Origin: Candidatus Latescibacterota bacterium
GTDB taxonomy: Bacteria; Latescibacterota; UBA2968; UBA8231
Length of the DNA stretch: 64,000 bases
NCBI GenBank assembly: GCA_965215195.1
Contig: CBDCDC010000002.1
Location: 1,056,001 to 1,120,000 of the forward strand
Direction of reading: 5' to 3'
Part shown: positions 37,657 to 47,878 of the stretch, piece after piece
Numbering within the stretch: position 1 is the stretch's first letter
Layout: each line of letters begins with the position of its first letter
Notes under the pieces: generated by a model
Told to the model about the DNA's origin: nothing
Seen by the model: the letters and a program-made list of their open reading frames with translations, nothing else
The model's database searches: none
Made by a program: the position numbers and the translations under genes

Positions 37657-40600
37657 TCAAGACCCAGTAACCGGCGCGACCTTGGCGGATTCTTCCGCGA
37701 CCAACCGCCCCCAAAGCCCCTGTACTCCCACCAGCAGGCGCATTCCCACTGGGACGCCCAGCAAAATGATGAAGGTGGCAAAGAGGATGCCAAAGCCCAA
37801 GCTGACGGCCATTGGGATCAAAAACTGCGCTTGGAGGCTTTTTTCGAGGATCATCGGCAGTAGGCCAAAGAAGGTCGTCAGGGAGGTCAGCAGGATGGGG
37901 CGGAAGCGCGCGGCCCCGGCTGAGACTAGGGCTTCCTCGTGCGACGAGCCCTCGCGCAGCAGCTGATTGTAGAAGGTCAGCAGCACCAGCGAATCGTTGA
38001 TCACCACGCCCGAGAGCGCGACGATCCCAAACAGGCTCAAAAGCGCCAAGTCCAAGCCCATGATAAGATGCCCCCAAACCGCGCCAATGATGCCGAAGGG
38101 AATCGCGCTCATAACGACGAGGGGCTGGCTGTACGATCTGAATGGCACGGCCAGCAACACGTAGATGGCGGCAAGAGCGATGATGAAGTTGAACAACAGG
38201 CTCTGTAGCGAGTCCTGCTGCTCTTGCTGCTCGCCGCCGAAGCGGTAGCGCAGACCGGGGTAGTCTTGGACCAGCGCGGGCAGGAAAAACGATTCGAGAT
38301 CGCGATTGATCTCGTCGGCGTTGGCGACTTGGTCATCTACGGAGGCACTCACCCGCACGACGCGCTGGCCATCGGTGCGCTGGATGGAAGCATAGGCGTG
38401 GCCGATGGCGACGGTGGCCACCTCGGCAAAGGGCACCTCAGCCCCCGCAGGTGTGCGGACGCGCATTGAGCGCACGTCGCCTAGGTTCCGGCGCTCGTCT
38501 TTGGGGTAGCGCACCATCACCCGCACGTCGTCCGAACCGCGCTGAAAGCGCAGGGCTTGGTCGCCGTAGAAGCCCTGGCGCACTTGGCGGGCTAGATCGG
38601 CGAGCGTGAGGCCGAGGGTGCGGGCTTGGGGCTTGAGCTGGAGCTTCATCTCCAGCTTGCCCTCCTCAAAGCTGTCTTGGATATCGCCGACGCCGGCGTA
38701 CTCGGCGATTTTGCCCTTGAGGCGCTCGACCGCCAACAAGAGCTGGTCGAAGTTGTCCGCGGCTAGCTCGACCTCAATGGGATTGCCAGCGGAAAACAGC
38801 GACGAAGAAAAAACAATGGATTCGGGGCCGGGCACCTCGCCGACCCGTTGGCGCAGCCGCGACTCGATCTCCGCGCCGTCGATATCGCGCTCCTCGGAAG
38901 GTAAAAGCTCGATGGTAACTTCGGCGAGATGTCCTTGGCCGCTGGCACCCGGGGTGGCCGAAAAGGAGGAACGCCGGGCCGTGGGTTGGTCGCCGATGTA
39001 GGTAAAAACATTGCGGTAGATTGAATCCCCGCCCCCGCGCTCGGCATCGATCTGATCGCGCAGGACGAGGGCCTGTTGCTCGACGTGTTGCACAATTTTG
39101 GCGGTCTGGGTCGCCGTGGTCCCCTGCGGCATGTTGACCGATATCCTCACCCAATCGGACCCGATCTCGGGCATGAACACGAACTTGATATGGCCGCCAT
39201 AGACCAGCCCGGCCGTACACAGCATCAGCGATAAGGCTAGGGCGGCACTGGAGAGCGGATGGGCCAGCGCCAAGCGCAGGGTGGGCTGATAGGCCGTGCG
39301 GATGACGTACTTGAGGCCGCGGTCAAAGGCGACGACGACCCGGGCGTGCCAATCAAGCGGGCGCATGAAGACCCAGCGAAAGAGGCGGCTGAGTGGCCCG
39401 TGCCCTTCAGAAGACAGGTGCGCCGGCAGAATGAACAGGCTCTCGATCAGCGACAGCAGGAGCACGGAGATGACGATCACCGGGATGACCGACATGAACT
39501 TACCCATCATGCCCTCGACGAAAAACAGCGGCATAAAAGCCGCAATTGAGGTCATAATCGAGAACGTGACCGGCGTACCCACTTCGAGTGCCCCGTCAAT
39601 GGCGGCGCGGCCAAAGGGTTTCCCCTGTACGCGGTGGGAAAAGATGTTTTCGCCGACGATGATCGCGTCGTCCACCACAATGCCCAAGGCCACGATAAAG
39701 GCGAACAGCGAAAGCATGTTGATCGAGGCGTCGAAAGGCTCCATCAGCACGAAGGCCCCCAAAAAGCTGATGGGAATCCCCATCATCACCCAGAAGGCCA
39801 AGCGCAAGTCGAGGAAGAAACTCAGACAGATAAAGACCAGCACCAGCCCGAGGCGGGCGTTGCGGATCAGCAAATCAATGCGGCTGCGCAAGATGCGCGC
39901 GTCGTCGCGCGCGTAGCCGATGTGGATCCCCGCCGGCAGGGTCGGGCGTTTGTCCTCGATGTACTGGTGGACGTAGGCGGAGATGTCAAGCGCGTTCTGG
40001 TCGCCAATGCGAAAGACCTGAATCACGGCCGCTGGCTGGCCGTTGAAGCGCGAGATGATATCGGTATCCGCAAAGCCATCGACGACCGCGGCCACGTCTT
40101 TGAGCTTGAGGGCGGTGCCGTCGGGGCGGGTGAGGACGACGACCTCTTCGTATTCGCGCCCGGTGCGCATCAGCCCCTGCGTGCGGAGCAAGATCGCGCC
40201 GTCCTCGTTCTCGACGCTACCGGCGGGCAGGTCAATGCTGGTGCGGCGGACGGCGTCGGCGACCTGCGCGAAGGTCAGCCCGTAGCGGCGCAGGGCCTCT
40301 TCAGAAACTTCGATGGCAATCTCATCGACGCGCACGCCCTTGAGCTCGACCTGCGAAATGACGCCGCTGCTGCGCAGGTCGTCGCGCACTAGTTCGGCCG
40401 CGACTTTGAGTGCCTTCTCCTCGACATCGCCGTAGAGCATCACGTCAATGGCTTGATTGCGGCGGGTCAGCTCCTTGATGACCGGCTCCTCGATCTCGGC
40501 CGGGAAGGTGTCGATGCGGTCGATTTCGCTTTTGATGTCGTCGAGGAGTTTGTCCATTGCAGCACCGCGCTCTAGCTCGACGCTGACTGCCCCCATGCCC

Positions 40601-40860
40601 TCAGCGGCTGTGGAGCGCACCCGGCGCACCCCCTCTAGGCCGCGGACCCGCTCCTCAATGCGCTTGCAGACGGCGTCTTCGACTTCGGCCGGAGTCGCAC
40701 CCAGATAGGGCACTTGGATTTGCACTTGGTCGAGCGACATCTCGGGGAAGGTCTCTTTCTTGGTCTGCATCATGGAAAACAGGCCGCTCAATATGATGAA
40801 ACCCATCAGCAGATTGGCGGCGACGTGGTTTTTCGCCATCCAAGATACGGGTGCTTTCAC
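37657..40860 (-). CDS. RND efflux permease (AcrB/AcrD/AcrF family)
   Basis: LGIVVDDAIIVGEN; RFRPILLTSLTT; 1067 aa. Confidence 0.96.
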   Translation of the reverse strand: MKAPVSWMAKNHVAANLLMGFIILSGLFSMMQTKKETFPEMSLDQVQIQVPYLGATPAEVEDAVCKRIEERVRGLEGVRRVRSTAAEGMGAVSVELERGAAMDKLLDDIKSEIDRIDTFPAEIEEPVIKELTRRNQAIDVMLYGDVEEKALKVAAELVRDDLRSSGVISQVELKGVRVDEIAIEVSEEALRRYGLTFAQVADAVRRTSIDLPAGSVENEDGAILLRTQGLMRTGREYEEVVVLTRPDGTALKLKDVAAVVDGFADTDIISRFNGQPAAVIQVFRIGDQNALDISAYVHQYIEDKRPTLPAGIHIGYARDDARILRSRIDLLIRNARLGLVLVFICLSFFLDLRLAFWVMMGIPISFLGAFVLMEPFDASINMLSLFAFIVALGIVVDDAIIVGENIFSHRVQGKPFGRAAIDGALEVGTPVTFSIMTSIAAFMPLFFVEGMMGKFMSVIPVIVISVLLLSLIESLFILPAHLSSEGHGPLSRLFRWVFMRPLDWHARVVVAFDRGLKYVIRTAYQPTLRLALAHPLSSAALALSLMLCTAGLVYGGHIKFVFMPEIGSDWVRISVNMPQGTTATQTAKIVQHVEQQALVLRDQIDAERGGGDSIYRNVFTYIGDQPTARRSSFSATPGASGQGHLAEVTIELLPSEERDIDGAEIESRLRQRVGEVPGPESIVFSSSLFSAGNPIEVELAADNFDQLLLAVERLKGKIAEYAGVGDIQDSFEEGKLEMKLQLKPQARTLGLTLADLARQVRQGFYGDQALRFQRGSDDVRVMVRYPKDERRNLGDVRSMRVRTPAGAEVPFAEVATVAIGHAYASIQRTDGQRVVRVSASVDDQVANADEINRDLESFFLPALVQDYPGLRYRFGGEQQEQQDSLQSLLFNFIIALAAIYVLLAVPFRSYSQPLVVMSAIPFGIIGAVWGHLIMGLDLALLSLFGIVALSGVVINDSLVLLTFYNQLLREGSSHEEALVSAGAARFRPILLTSLTTFFGLLPMILEKSLQAQFLIPMAVSLGFGILFATFIILLGVPVGMRLLVGVQGLWGRLVAEESAKVAPVTGS

Positions 40861-42104
40861 GGTTGCCCTCCTGCGTTGTCGTCCGCGAGGCGCACCTGCA
40901 TCCCGTCGGTAACGCCGCTGAGCTGAGAGACGATGACCCGCTCTTGCGGGGCCATGTCGATATAAGCGAGTACTTCATCTTGGAGCGTGCGCACCACTTG
41001 CACTGGGCGGATGCTGAGGACGCCGTCGCGGCCCACCGTCCACACGCGATCGCCTTGGCGCAAAGCGACGCCGGGCAGGACGCGGACGCCATCGACCGTG
41101 CGGCCGGCAATGGCCACGTCCACGAACATCCCCACCGTCAGCGGCGGGATCCCATCGGCAATGCGGCCGTAGGGCGCTTCGACCTCTACGACTAAGCGGA
41201 CCATGCGGCTTTGCGGATCGAGCTCGCCTTCGGTGCGCACCACGCGCCCGCTCCACTGGTGCCGGCGACCGGCAAAGGCCCCGCTGACCACGGCGCTGGC
41301 CCCCTCGCGGCTAAAGGCAAAGGCGCGGGAGCGGCCCTCGGCGTTGAGCTCGGCAACAGGGTTCGCGTTCGGTGTACTGGCCGCCGCGATGTCGATGGGC
41401 AGCGGCAGGGTGAACCACCCGAGGTCTTCGTCGGGGACCGGGACGACGATCTCGGCCTTTTCAATACTGTATATCTGGGCGATAGCTTGGCCGGCGTTGA
41501 GGTGCTGGCCCACATCGACGCGGGCGGTGCGCACCCGGCCGGCAAATGGAGCGTACACTTTGGTGCGGTCGAGGCGCAGCCGCGCTTCGGCGAGGCGCGC
41601 TTCCGCTCCTTGGAGACCGGCCTCGGCCGCGCGTAGCTGGGGTTTGCGCAGCACCAAGTCGGTGGGAGTTTCTTCGGCGTGGAGCCGCTGCCACTCCTCT
41701 TCGGCAATGGCGGCTTCCTCGCGGGCCAAGTCGAGTTGGTAGCGCGCCTGGGCCACTTGGGCGGCAGCCTGTTGGACAGCGAGCTCGTAGTCGCGTGGAT
41801 CAATCCGAAAGAGCAACGCGCCTTTGGTAAAAGTGCCGCCGGGTTTGAAGTCGGCGTCCTTCCACACCACAATACCCGCGACCTGTGGCACTAGGTCGAT
41901 CTGCGCGTCGGGGCGCACCGTGCCCTGCCCCTCAACTACGACCTGGACCTGTTGCAGCGGGACAGCGGTGGCTTTGACGAGCGGGCCGACATAGGAGCGG
42001 GAGACGCGCTGGGGCGGCTCGCGCATCGAGACCAGCAGTTGGAAGGCCCCAAAGCCGAGGGCGAGGATGAGGACGGGCAAGACTATTTTGAAGACGCGCA
42101 TCAT
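40857..42104 (-). CDS. RND membrane fusion protein
   Basis: LVPQVAG...LFRIDPRDY; RTKVYAPFAGRV. Confidence 0.93.
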   Translation of the reverse strand: MMRVFKIVLPVLILALGFGAFQLLVSMREPPQRVSRSYVGPLVKATAVPLQQVQVVVEGQGTVRPDAQIDLVPQVAGIVVWKDADFKPGGTFTKGALLFRIDPRDYELAVQQAAAQVAQARYQLDLAREEAAIAEEEWQRLHAEETPTDLVLRKPQLRAAEAGLQGAEARLAEARLRLDRTKVYAPFAGRVRTARVDVGQHLNAGQAIAQIYSIEKAEIVVPVPDEDLGWFTLPLPIDIAAASTPNANPVAELNAEGRSRAFAFSREGASAVVSGAFAGRRHQWSGRVVRTEGELDPQSRMVRLVVEVEAPYGRIADGIPPLTVGMFVDVAIAGRTVDGVRVLPGVALRQGDRVWTVGRDGVLSIRPVQVVRTLQDEVLAYIDMAPQERVIVSQLSGVTDGMQVRLADDNAGGQP

Positions 42105-43519
42105 TGCAAAATCTCCGCGTACTGAGAGGCAAGAGTAAAGCCGCCGCCAAGGGCTAGGTGCAAGTCAATGCGCGTATCGAGGCGCTGGCGACGGACGGCG
42201 AGCAGGCGACTCTCGGCGTCAAAGGCCCGGCGCTGCGACTCTAGCAGGGCGATGAGATCGGCAAGCCCTCTGGCGTAGCGATCTTCGGCTAAGGCGCGCG
42301 CCGCTACGGCTTCTTCGGCGGCCGTGGCGAGGGCGCGTTCTTGGTCGGCGAGAAAGCCTTCGGCCTTCAGTGCGGCCTCCACCTCGCCGTAGGCCCTAAG
42401 GGCGCGCTGGGCGTAGGCAAAGAGCGCTTGCTCGGCCGCCGAAGCGGCCTGATCAACGCCGGCGCGCAGGCGACCGCCTTGCAGCAGGGGCTGGGCGATG
42501 TTGCCCACGAGGTTCCAGACCGAAAAATCGCCGTCGAGCAAGTCGCTCAACGCGCTCGACGAGCGGCCCGCAGAGGCCGTGAGGCTGATGCGGGGCAACA
42601 GAGCGCGCCGGGCTTGGGCCAGCCGGCGGTCGGCCGCGGCGAGGCGACGCTCAGCCGCTATGAGGTCGGGGCGTCGGCCCACGAGCTGGGCCGGCAGGCC
42701 GGCTGGAATCGGGCCGCTGACAGCGGGCAGCTCGTCCCGGACCTCAATCCGGGCGCTGGGGTAGCGGCCCAAGAGCAATTCGAGCTGGCGCAGGGCGGCG
42801 TCCCGTTGCTGGCGGCGTTGGGCGAGGGTCGCCGCGGCCGCGGCCAAGCTCGACCGGCCCAAGCGCACGTCGAGCGACGAACGCAAGCCGCGGCCATAGC
42901 GATCTTCTATCTGCTCGGTGGAGAGCCGGTAGTTTGCAACGGTCGCGTGCGCTAGCTCGACTTGGTGCCCCGCTTCGACCGCAGCGAAATAGGCCCGCGC
43001 CGTCTGCGCTGCCAGCGAGAGGCGGGCCGCGCGGAAATCAGCGGCGGCGGCATCGGCGGCGGCGAGCGCGGCTTGGGCTCCAGCGCGCAGGCGACCCCAC
43101 AGATCGGCCTCCCAACTCGCCGTCAGATCGACGCCAAAGGACGTGCTTTTGGAACTCAAGACCTGGTCCGGGTCGCGCCCGGGGATGGGCAGGCCGACGA
43201 AATTTTGTTTGCGCCGCGAGCCATTGGCATTCGCGCTGAGTTGGGGCCAGAGCGGCGCACCGGCCGCCCGGGCCTGGGCTTGAGCTTGGGCCAAGCGCGC
43301 CCCGGCGACCTTGAGATCGTAGTTGCGCTCTAGGGCCAACGCCACAAAGCTGTCGAGGCGTGCGGCCCCCAGATCGCGCCACCAGTAGTCGGCGACTGCA
43401 TCCTCGGAAACCCCAGCTGTCCACTGGTCCGGCTGGGCCAAGTCGAGGGCCGGGTATTCGATTTTGGGAGCGGAAGCACAGGCGAGCAGAAACAGCACCG
43501 GGATGCACAATGGCCTCAT
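42101..43519 (-). CDS. Outer-membrane efflux lipoprotein (NodT/OprM type)
   Basis: LLACA lipobox from ATG 43519; SWEADLWG, RRPDL.AAE, LHLALGGG. Confidence 0.93.
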   Translation of the reverse strand: MRPLCIPVLFLLACASAPKIEYPALDLAQPDQWTAGVSEDAVADYWWRDLGAARLDSFVALALERNYDLKVAGARLAQAQAQARAAGAPLWPQLSANANGSRRKQNFVGLPIPGRDPDQVLSSKSTSFGVDLTASWEADLWGRLRAGAQAALAAADAAAADFRAARLSLAAQTARAYFAAVEAGHQVELAHATVANYRLSTEQIEDRYGRGLRSSLDVRLGRSSLAAAAATLAQRRQQRDAALRQLELLLGRYPSARIEVRDELPAVSGPIPAGLPAQLVGRRPDLIAAERRLAAADRRLAQARRALLPRISLTASAGRSSSALSDLLDGDFSVWNLVGNIAQPLLQGGRLRAGVDQAASAAEQALFAYAQRALRAYGEVEAALKAEGFLADQERALATAAEEAVAARALAEDRYARGLADLIALLESQRRAFDAESRLLAVRRQRLDTRIDLHLALGGGFTLASQYAEILQ

Positions 43520-44382
43520 GGCAATTTTCCAGCGGAAGCAGCAAAGTCCGCGTATAGGGTTTCTATTTGCGTGGGGCCGGGGTCTTGGTCTAAGACGAAG
43601 AAGGCATAGTGCAGTTCCAAGCACTCGCCGGCTGTCAGCTCTAAGTCGCCTTCCATCAGCAGGCCGGCGCCCAGCAAGTTTGCACGGGTAAACCAAGTGA
43701 CCGGGTGGCGCGGGTTGGCCGGGTGGTCCATGAGCGCGACCAAGCCGCCGCTTTTCCCGCGCGCCCCGACCCAACGGGCGCGTTGCCCCATGATGTTTGC
43801 GTGGCCGCGGCGTCCCTCGCTGCAATAGTGATCGGCCGCGGCAAAGGAAGGCCCCATGCGCAGTTCCAGCCCCGAGTAGCGCGCCGCCCGCGAGGCCCCC
43901 ATCACCAGCCGATCGCCGGCTGGCTCAATGCGCGTGGATATCCGCAAGCAGTAGCCTCCCTCGGTGCTGTAAAAGCCAAAAGCGCGCGACTCCCGCGCCA
44001 TGAGCTGGTCGCGGCCATTGAGCCAAGAAAGCGACTCGGCCACATAGTCCGCGCTCAAGGCCGTGAAGCAATCGTGCTGCTGCACGCCGTGGCTGTTGGC
44101 GACGTGTTCGTATTTTTTTGTTTCCGGCAAATACCAAGGCCCGCCCCACAAGTTCGCGTCGTCGACGTGGACCCAGCCAAAGTACAGCCCGGTGTGCCAA
44201 GCGTGATCGGGCGGGCGGTATTCGGTCACAAGCTGGCCGGAAGGCGTGTACAGGGGCGCGAAGCAGGGCTTGGGGGATTCGCTGCGGGGCAGTTCCTCGG
44301 TGGCGCGGTACAGGGCGAGCAGCCGGTTGGCCGCGTGGATTTCGAGGCCGAGGGCGTTTTCTCGCAGATCAAAGGCGCACAT
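43516..44382 (-). CDS. DUF6807 (PmoA-like) family protein
   Basis: KPCFAPLYTPSG, DHAWHTGL, MDHPANPRHP. Confidence 0.8.
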   Translation of the reverse strand: MCAFDLRENALGLEIHAANRLLALYRATEELPRSESPKPCFAPLYTPSGQLVTEYRPPDHAWHTGLYFGWVHVDDANLWGGPWYLPETKKYEHVANSHGVQQHDCFTALSADYVAESLSWLNGRDQLMARESRAFGFYSTEGGYCLRISTRIEPAGDRLVMGASRAARYSGLELRMGPSFAAADHYCSEGRRGHANIMGQRARWVGARGKSGGLVALMDHPANPRHPVTWFTRANLLGAGLLMEGDLELTAGECLELHYAFFVLDQDPGPTQIETLYADFAASAGKLP

Positions 44383-44384
44383 AG

Positions 44385-45320
44385 CTAGTTCTCCAATTTT
44401 CGTTTGAACCATGCAATGGTCCGGCCCAACCCTTCGTCCGGCCCCACGCAGGGCGTCCAGCCGAGTAGCGAGCGGGCCTTGGCAATGTCGGGCAGGCGCA
44501 CCCGGGGGTCGTCCTGCGGCAGATCGCAAAAGGCGATGCGGCTCTTGGCCCCGGTCATGGCGATGATCGTGCGGGCCAGGTCCAGCATGGTGATTTCACA
44601 GGGGTTGCCGAGGTTGACCGGGGTGGTCACGTCGGACAACATGAGCTTGTACAGGCCGGCGATCAGGTCGCTGTAATGGCAGATGCTGCGCGTTTGCTGG
44701 CCATCGCCATACACAGTCAGATCGCGGCCCTTGAGGGCTTGGCTGATGAAGTTGGGCACGGCCCGGCCATCGTCTTGGCGCATGCGCTCGCCATACGTAT
44801 TGAATATGCGCGCAATGCGCACGTCCGTGCCGTGCAGGCGGTGGTACGCCATGGTCATGGCCTCGGCAAAGCGCTTGGCCTCGTCGTACACGCCGCGGAT
44901 GCCAATGGGGTTGACGTTGCCGAGGTATTCTTCGGACTGGGGATGTACCAAGGGATCGCCATAGACTTCCGAAGTGGAGGCCAGCAGGAACTTGGCCTGC
45001 TTGGCCACGGCCAACCCCAAGGTCTTGTGCGTACCTAGCGAGCCAACTTTGAGGATGTTGATGCCCAATCGCTCGAAGTCGGCCGGACTAGCCGGGCTGG
45101 CCAGATGCAGGATGAAGTCGAGCGGACCATCTACGTGGATGTAGTTGGTGACATCGTATTGAACAAACTGGAATCGCGGATGGCCGAGCAGATGGGCGAT
45201 GTTTTCGGGCCGACTCGTGAGGAAGTTGTCCATGCAGATGATTTCGCAGCCTTCCTCTAGCAGCAGGTCGCTGAGGTGCGACCCCAAGAAACCCGCGCCG
45301 CCGGTGATCAGCACGCGCAT
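44385..45320 (-). CDS. UDP-glucuronate decarboxylase family SDR
   Basis: [32 protein letters not shown]. Confidence 0.93.
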   Translation of the reverse strand: MRVLITGGAGFLGSHLSDLLLEEGCEIICMDNFLTSRPENIAHLLGHPRFQFVQYDVTNYIHVDGPLDFILHLASPASPADFERLGINILKVGSLGTHKTLGLAVAKQAKFLLASTSEVYGDPLVHPQSEEYLGNVNPIGIRGVYDEAKRFAEAMTMAYHRLHGTDVRIARIFNTYGERMRQDDGRAVPNFISQALKGRDLTVYGDGQQTRSICHYSDLIAGLYKLMLSDVTTPVNLGNPCEITMLDLARTIIAMTGAKSRIAFCDLPQDDPRVRLPDIAKARSLLGWTPCVGPDEGLGRTIAWFKRKLEN

Positions 45321-45478
45321 TGTGTAGCCTCCTTTCTCTGCTAGCGGGCCGACCATTGGCCGCTCGTTCCACTTCTGAGTTAAACAGCACAAAAATGTAT
45401 TGCCGTCTTGAGAACCTTTCAACCGCGACGCGGGGGTGCCGCTTTAGAATGCTGGAAGGTCAGGGCATTTTGAACTAC

Positions 45479-45505
45479 ATTTGTGATTTATTATGAATCA
45501 CAAAT
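45479..45505. promoter_or_regulatory. Palindromic operator of the TA operon
   Basis: atttgtgatt-N7-aatcacaaat, 13 bp before the antitoxin ATG. Confidence 0.65.
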
Positions 45506-45518
45506 ATGAGGTAAAGAT

Positions 45519-45758
45519 ATGGAATCTCTGACTATCCACATGGACGATGCCTTGGCCCAACTCATACGCAAGAAGGCCGCCGCTGAGGGAAAAAGTCTAA
45601 ACAAGACTATAAACGGCGTGCTGAAGGAGGCCTTGGGTCTGCAGCCGACGAATCACCGAGCGGACTTTTTGGATCAGTGCGGCGTGTGGAGCACCGAGGA
45701 ACGGACTGCATTCGACGCCTTGACTCGCCGCCAAGTAGATCCTGAGGACTGGCAGTGA
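45519..45758 (+). CDS. Ribbon-helix-helix antitoxin
   Basis: LTIHMDDAL...AAAEGKSLN; overlaps the PIN gene start. Confidence 0.8.
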   Translation: MESLTIHMDDALAQLIRKKAAAEGKSLNKTINGVLKEALGLQPTNHRADFLDQCGVWSTEERTAFDALTRRQVDPEDWQ

Positions 45759-46157
45759 AGGTCCTGTTGGATACCAATGCGTTAAGTGCCCTGTGGAGCG
45801 GCGACGAGCGCGTACTCGAAGCCTTGGGGCAGGCAGAGTGCGTGTTTATGTCCATCATCGTACTCGGCGAATTGTTCGCCGGTTTTCGCGGGGGGACGCG
45901 GATAAAAGAAAATCGCGTCCGTCTGGAAGGGTTTTTAGCCAAACCCACTGTGCGCACACTCGAACTTTCTACTGAGACGGCCGAGGTTTACGGTCAAATC
46001 AAGGACGCACTCAAGAGGGCCGGTACGCCTATACCTTACGCCTATACCTATTAATGATATCTGGCTATCGGCGCAGGCCATTGAAACCGGCTCGGTTTTG
46101 ATCACTTTTGACCGCCACTTTGGCAACGTGCGAGGCATCCGCCTGTGGGACCCATAA
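45755..46157 (+). pseudogene. vapC: VapC PIN toxin frameshifted by a 13-bp tandem duplication
   Basis: LLDTNA, VLGEL; tacgcctatacct twice (46024-46049). Removing one copy restores GTPIPINDIW...ITFDRHF...WDP*. Confidence 0.85.
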
Positions 46158-46192
46158 CCTCATAGGCGTTCTTCCGAGTCGCTTAGTTCTTA

Positions 46193-46403
46193 GAAGCGGT
46201 CTGCTTCACCGCGCCTTTAGGCGTGACAAACCCTCGGCGGAACGCGTTGAGTAGCGGTCAAGCGGCCCTCGGCTGGCGCGGTTTTCGAGGGCGAGACGCC
46301 CTCGCCCCTAGTCGGAGGGAGCGTTTTTCGAGGGCGAGACGCCCTCGCCCCTAGATTGTTTGCTGCACACAAGGGACGGTTCGCGGAATTTTCAGACCGC
46401 TTC
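46193..46403. mobile_element. MITE family A, copy 2
   Basis: Perfect TIR gaagcggtctg/cagaccgcttc, flanks TTA/TAA; two internal REP-like hairpins. Confidence 0.8.
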
Positions 46404-47164
46404 TAAGAAGTCTCCAGCCCCATGTTCTGGTGCTGGCTTTGCAGGGACTCTTGGTATCTGCGCCGGCCTTCCTCATCGACTTTGCAACTGACGCCTTCAA
46501 AGACCATGGCAAAAGCGCGGCGGTGGCGCTGCGACGAGCGATTGGGGTCAGCGCGGTGGATGACTTCGCCGTGGTGGACTACCGCGTCGCCGGGCTGCAA
46601 ATGCACTGCGACTTCATGGGCTTGGTCTTGGGGGCCGTAATCGGCAATGCCCTGCGAAAAGCCCAGCACCGAGGTGCGGTTGTGCGGGCGGATGCCTTGG
46701 CGGTGCGAGCCGGGGCTATAGCGCAGGCAGCCGTTTTCCTCGTCAACCGGGTCGAGGGCCAGCCAAATGGAGGCGACGTTGGGCGGCGTGAGGTTGAAGT
46801 AGAAATTGTCCTGATGCGGCGGCGTGGGGTGTTGGGTCTGCGGCGGCTTGTTGAACCACTCGGGCTGGCTCACCTGCGCGGCTTCGCCGATGAGGGTTTG
46901 GGCTAGGGCCTTCCAGCGCGGCTGGTCGCGGTACGCGGCGAAGAAGGCGTCGTAATCGCCCATCTTCTGTAGTTGTTTTAGGGTTTCGGAGCGGTCCCTG
47001 TCTTGGTAGAAGGCGGCCTGATCGGGCAGAGCAGGCACCACGTCGCGGATGTAGCGGGCGACTTGAGCCATTAGGTTTGCGAGTTCGTCGGGGGGCAGGA
47101 AGTTGCGCACGAGGACGAAGCCGTCGCGGTCGTAAGCGGCTTTATAGGAAGTGTAGTCGGGCAT
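46403..47164 (-). CDS. Phytanoyl-CoA dioxygenase (PhyH) family protein
   Basis: TPPHQD, WLALD....ENGCL..PGSH, HRADPNRS...RRA. Confidence 0.9.
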   Translation of the reverse strand: MPDYTSYKAAYDRDGFVLVRNFLPPDELANLMAQVARYIRDVVPALPDQAAFYQDRDRSETLKQLQKMGDYDAFFAAYRDQPRWKALAQTLIGEAAQVSQPEWFNKPPQTQHPTPPHQDNFYFNLTPPNVASIWLALDPVDEENGCLRYSPGSHRQGIRPHNRTSVLGFSQGIADYGPQDQAHEVAVHLQPGDAVVHHGEVIHRADPNRSSQRHRRAFAMVFEGVSCKVDEEGRRRYQESLQSQHQNMGLETS

Positions 47165-47217
47165 GGTGGCACTCCTTAGTTTTTCGGTCGCTCTGCGACT
47201 CGTCGTATCATTCTAAC

Positions 47218-47368
47218 CTTAGTACACGACCCCTAAAGTAGGCACCCTTACTTTGAGTACGCCTTTTCTGCTGTTTCCGCTGGGTGCGGGATCGAGGGCG
47301 TCTTGCTCTCGACGAGGGCAAGATGCCCTCGATCCTTGGCAGGCTGACGGCTGGTGTCGTGTAGTAAG
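47218..47368. mobile_element. MITE family B (IS4-derived ends)
   Basis: cttagtacacgac...gtcgtgtagtaag; 9-bp TSD cattctaac (47209-17 and 47369-77). Confidence 0.9.
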
Positions 47369-47411
47369 CATTCTAACTAATTCCATCGCAAAATGACAGT
47401 CAATGCGATAG

Positions 47412-47460
47412 TTGACGAGCCGAGTGCCATCGAGTATTTTCAACTAAATTATTAGTTGAA
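47412..47460 (+). promoter_or_regulatory. sigma70 promoter plus BlaI-type operator
   Basis: TTGACG-17-TATTTT followed by the palindrome ttcaactaa-atta-ttagttgaa, before ATG 47471. Confidence 0.75.
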
Positions 47461-47470
47461 AGGACTTGCC

Positions 47471-47878
47471 ATGGCGCTCAGAGAAAAATCCGACAAGAAG
47501 CTAACCCCGCTCGAAACGCTCATTATGAACGTCCTGTGGGACGAGTCGCCCGCGGCCGTCAAGCAGGTGCAGGAGCGGCTAACGGCCGTCAAGCCAATGG
47601 CCTACAATACCGTGCTGACCATAATGCGCATCCTGCGCGATAAGGGCTTTGTGGTCTCGGAGCGCACAGGCCGGGCCGATCTCTATCGCCCGGTGGTCTC
47701 GCGCGAGGACATGGGGCGGCGCTCGCTGGGCGAAGTCATCGACTCGTTCTTTGCCGGCTCGGCCGAAGCGCTGGTCAGCCAACTGCTGAACGGCCAGTCG
47801 CTTAGCGACGAAGAGTTGACGGCGATCCGGGCGGAGTTAGACCGAGCCCTTGAGAGCAGAAAAGGGGGTCGGCGATGA
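47471..47878 (+). CDS. BlaI/MecI/CopY family repressor
   Basis: LTPLETLIMNVLW...AYNTVLTIMRIL.DKGFV...SFFAGSAEALV. Confidence 0.93.
   Translation: MALREKSDKKLTPLETLIMNVLWDESPAAVKQVQERLTAVKPMAYNTVLTIMRILRDKGFVVSERTGRADLYRPVVSREDMGRRSLGEVIDSFFAGSAEALVSQLLNGQSLSDEELTAIRAELDRALESRKGGRR

Noticed and set aside
43516-44382. PmoA-like label implying methane oxidation
   Set aside because: DUF6807 is a soluble family with a misleading name; there are no pmoB/pmoC genes or TM helices.
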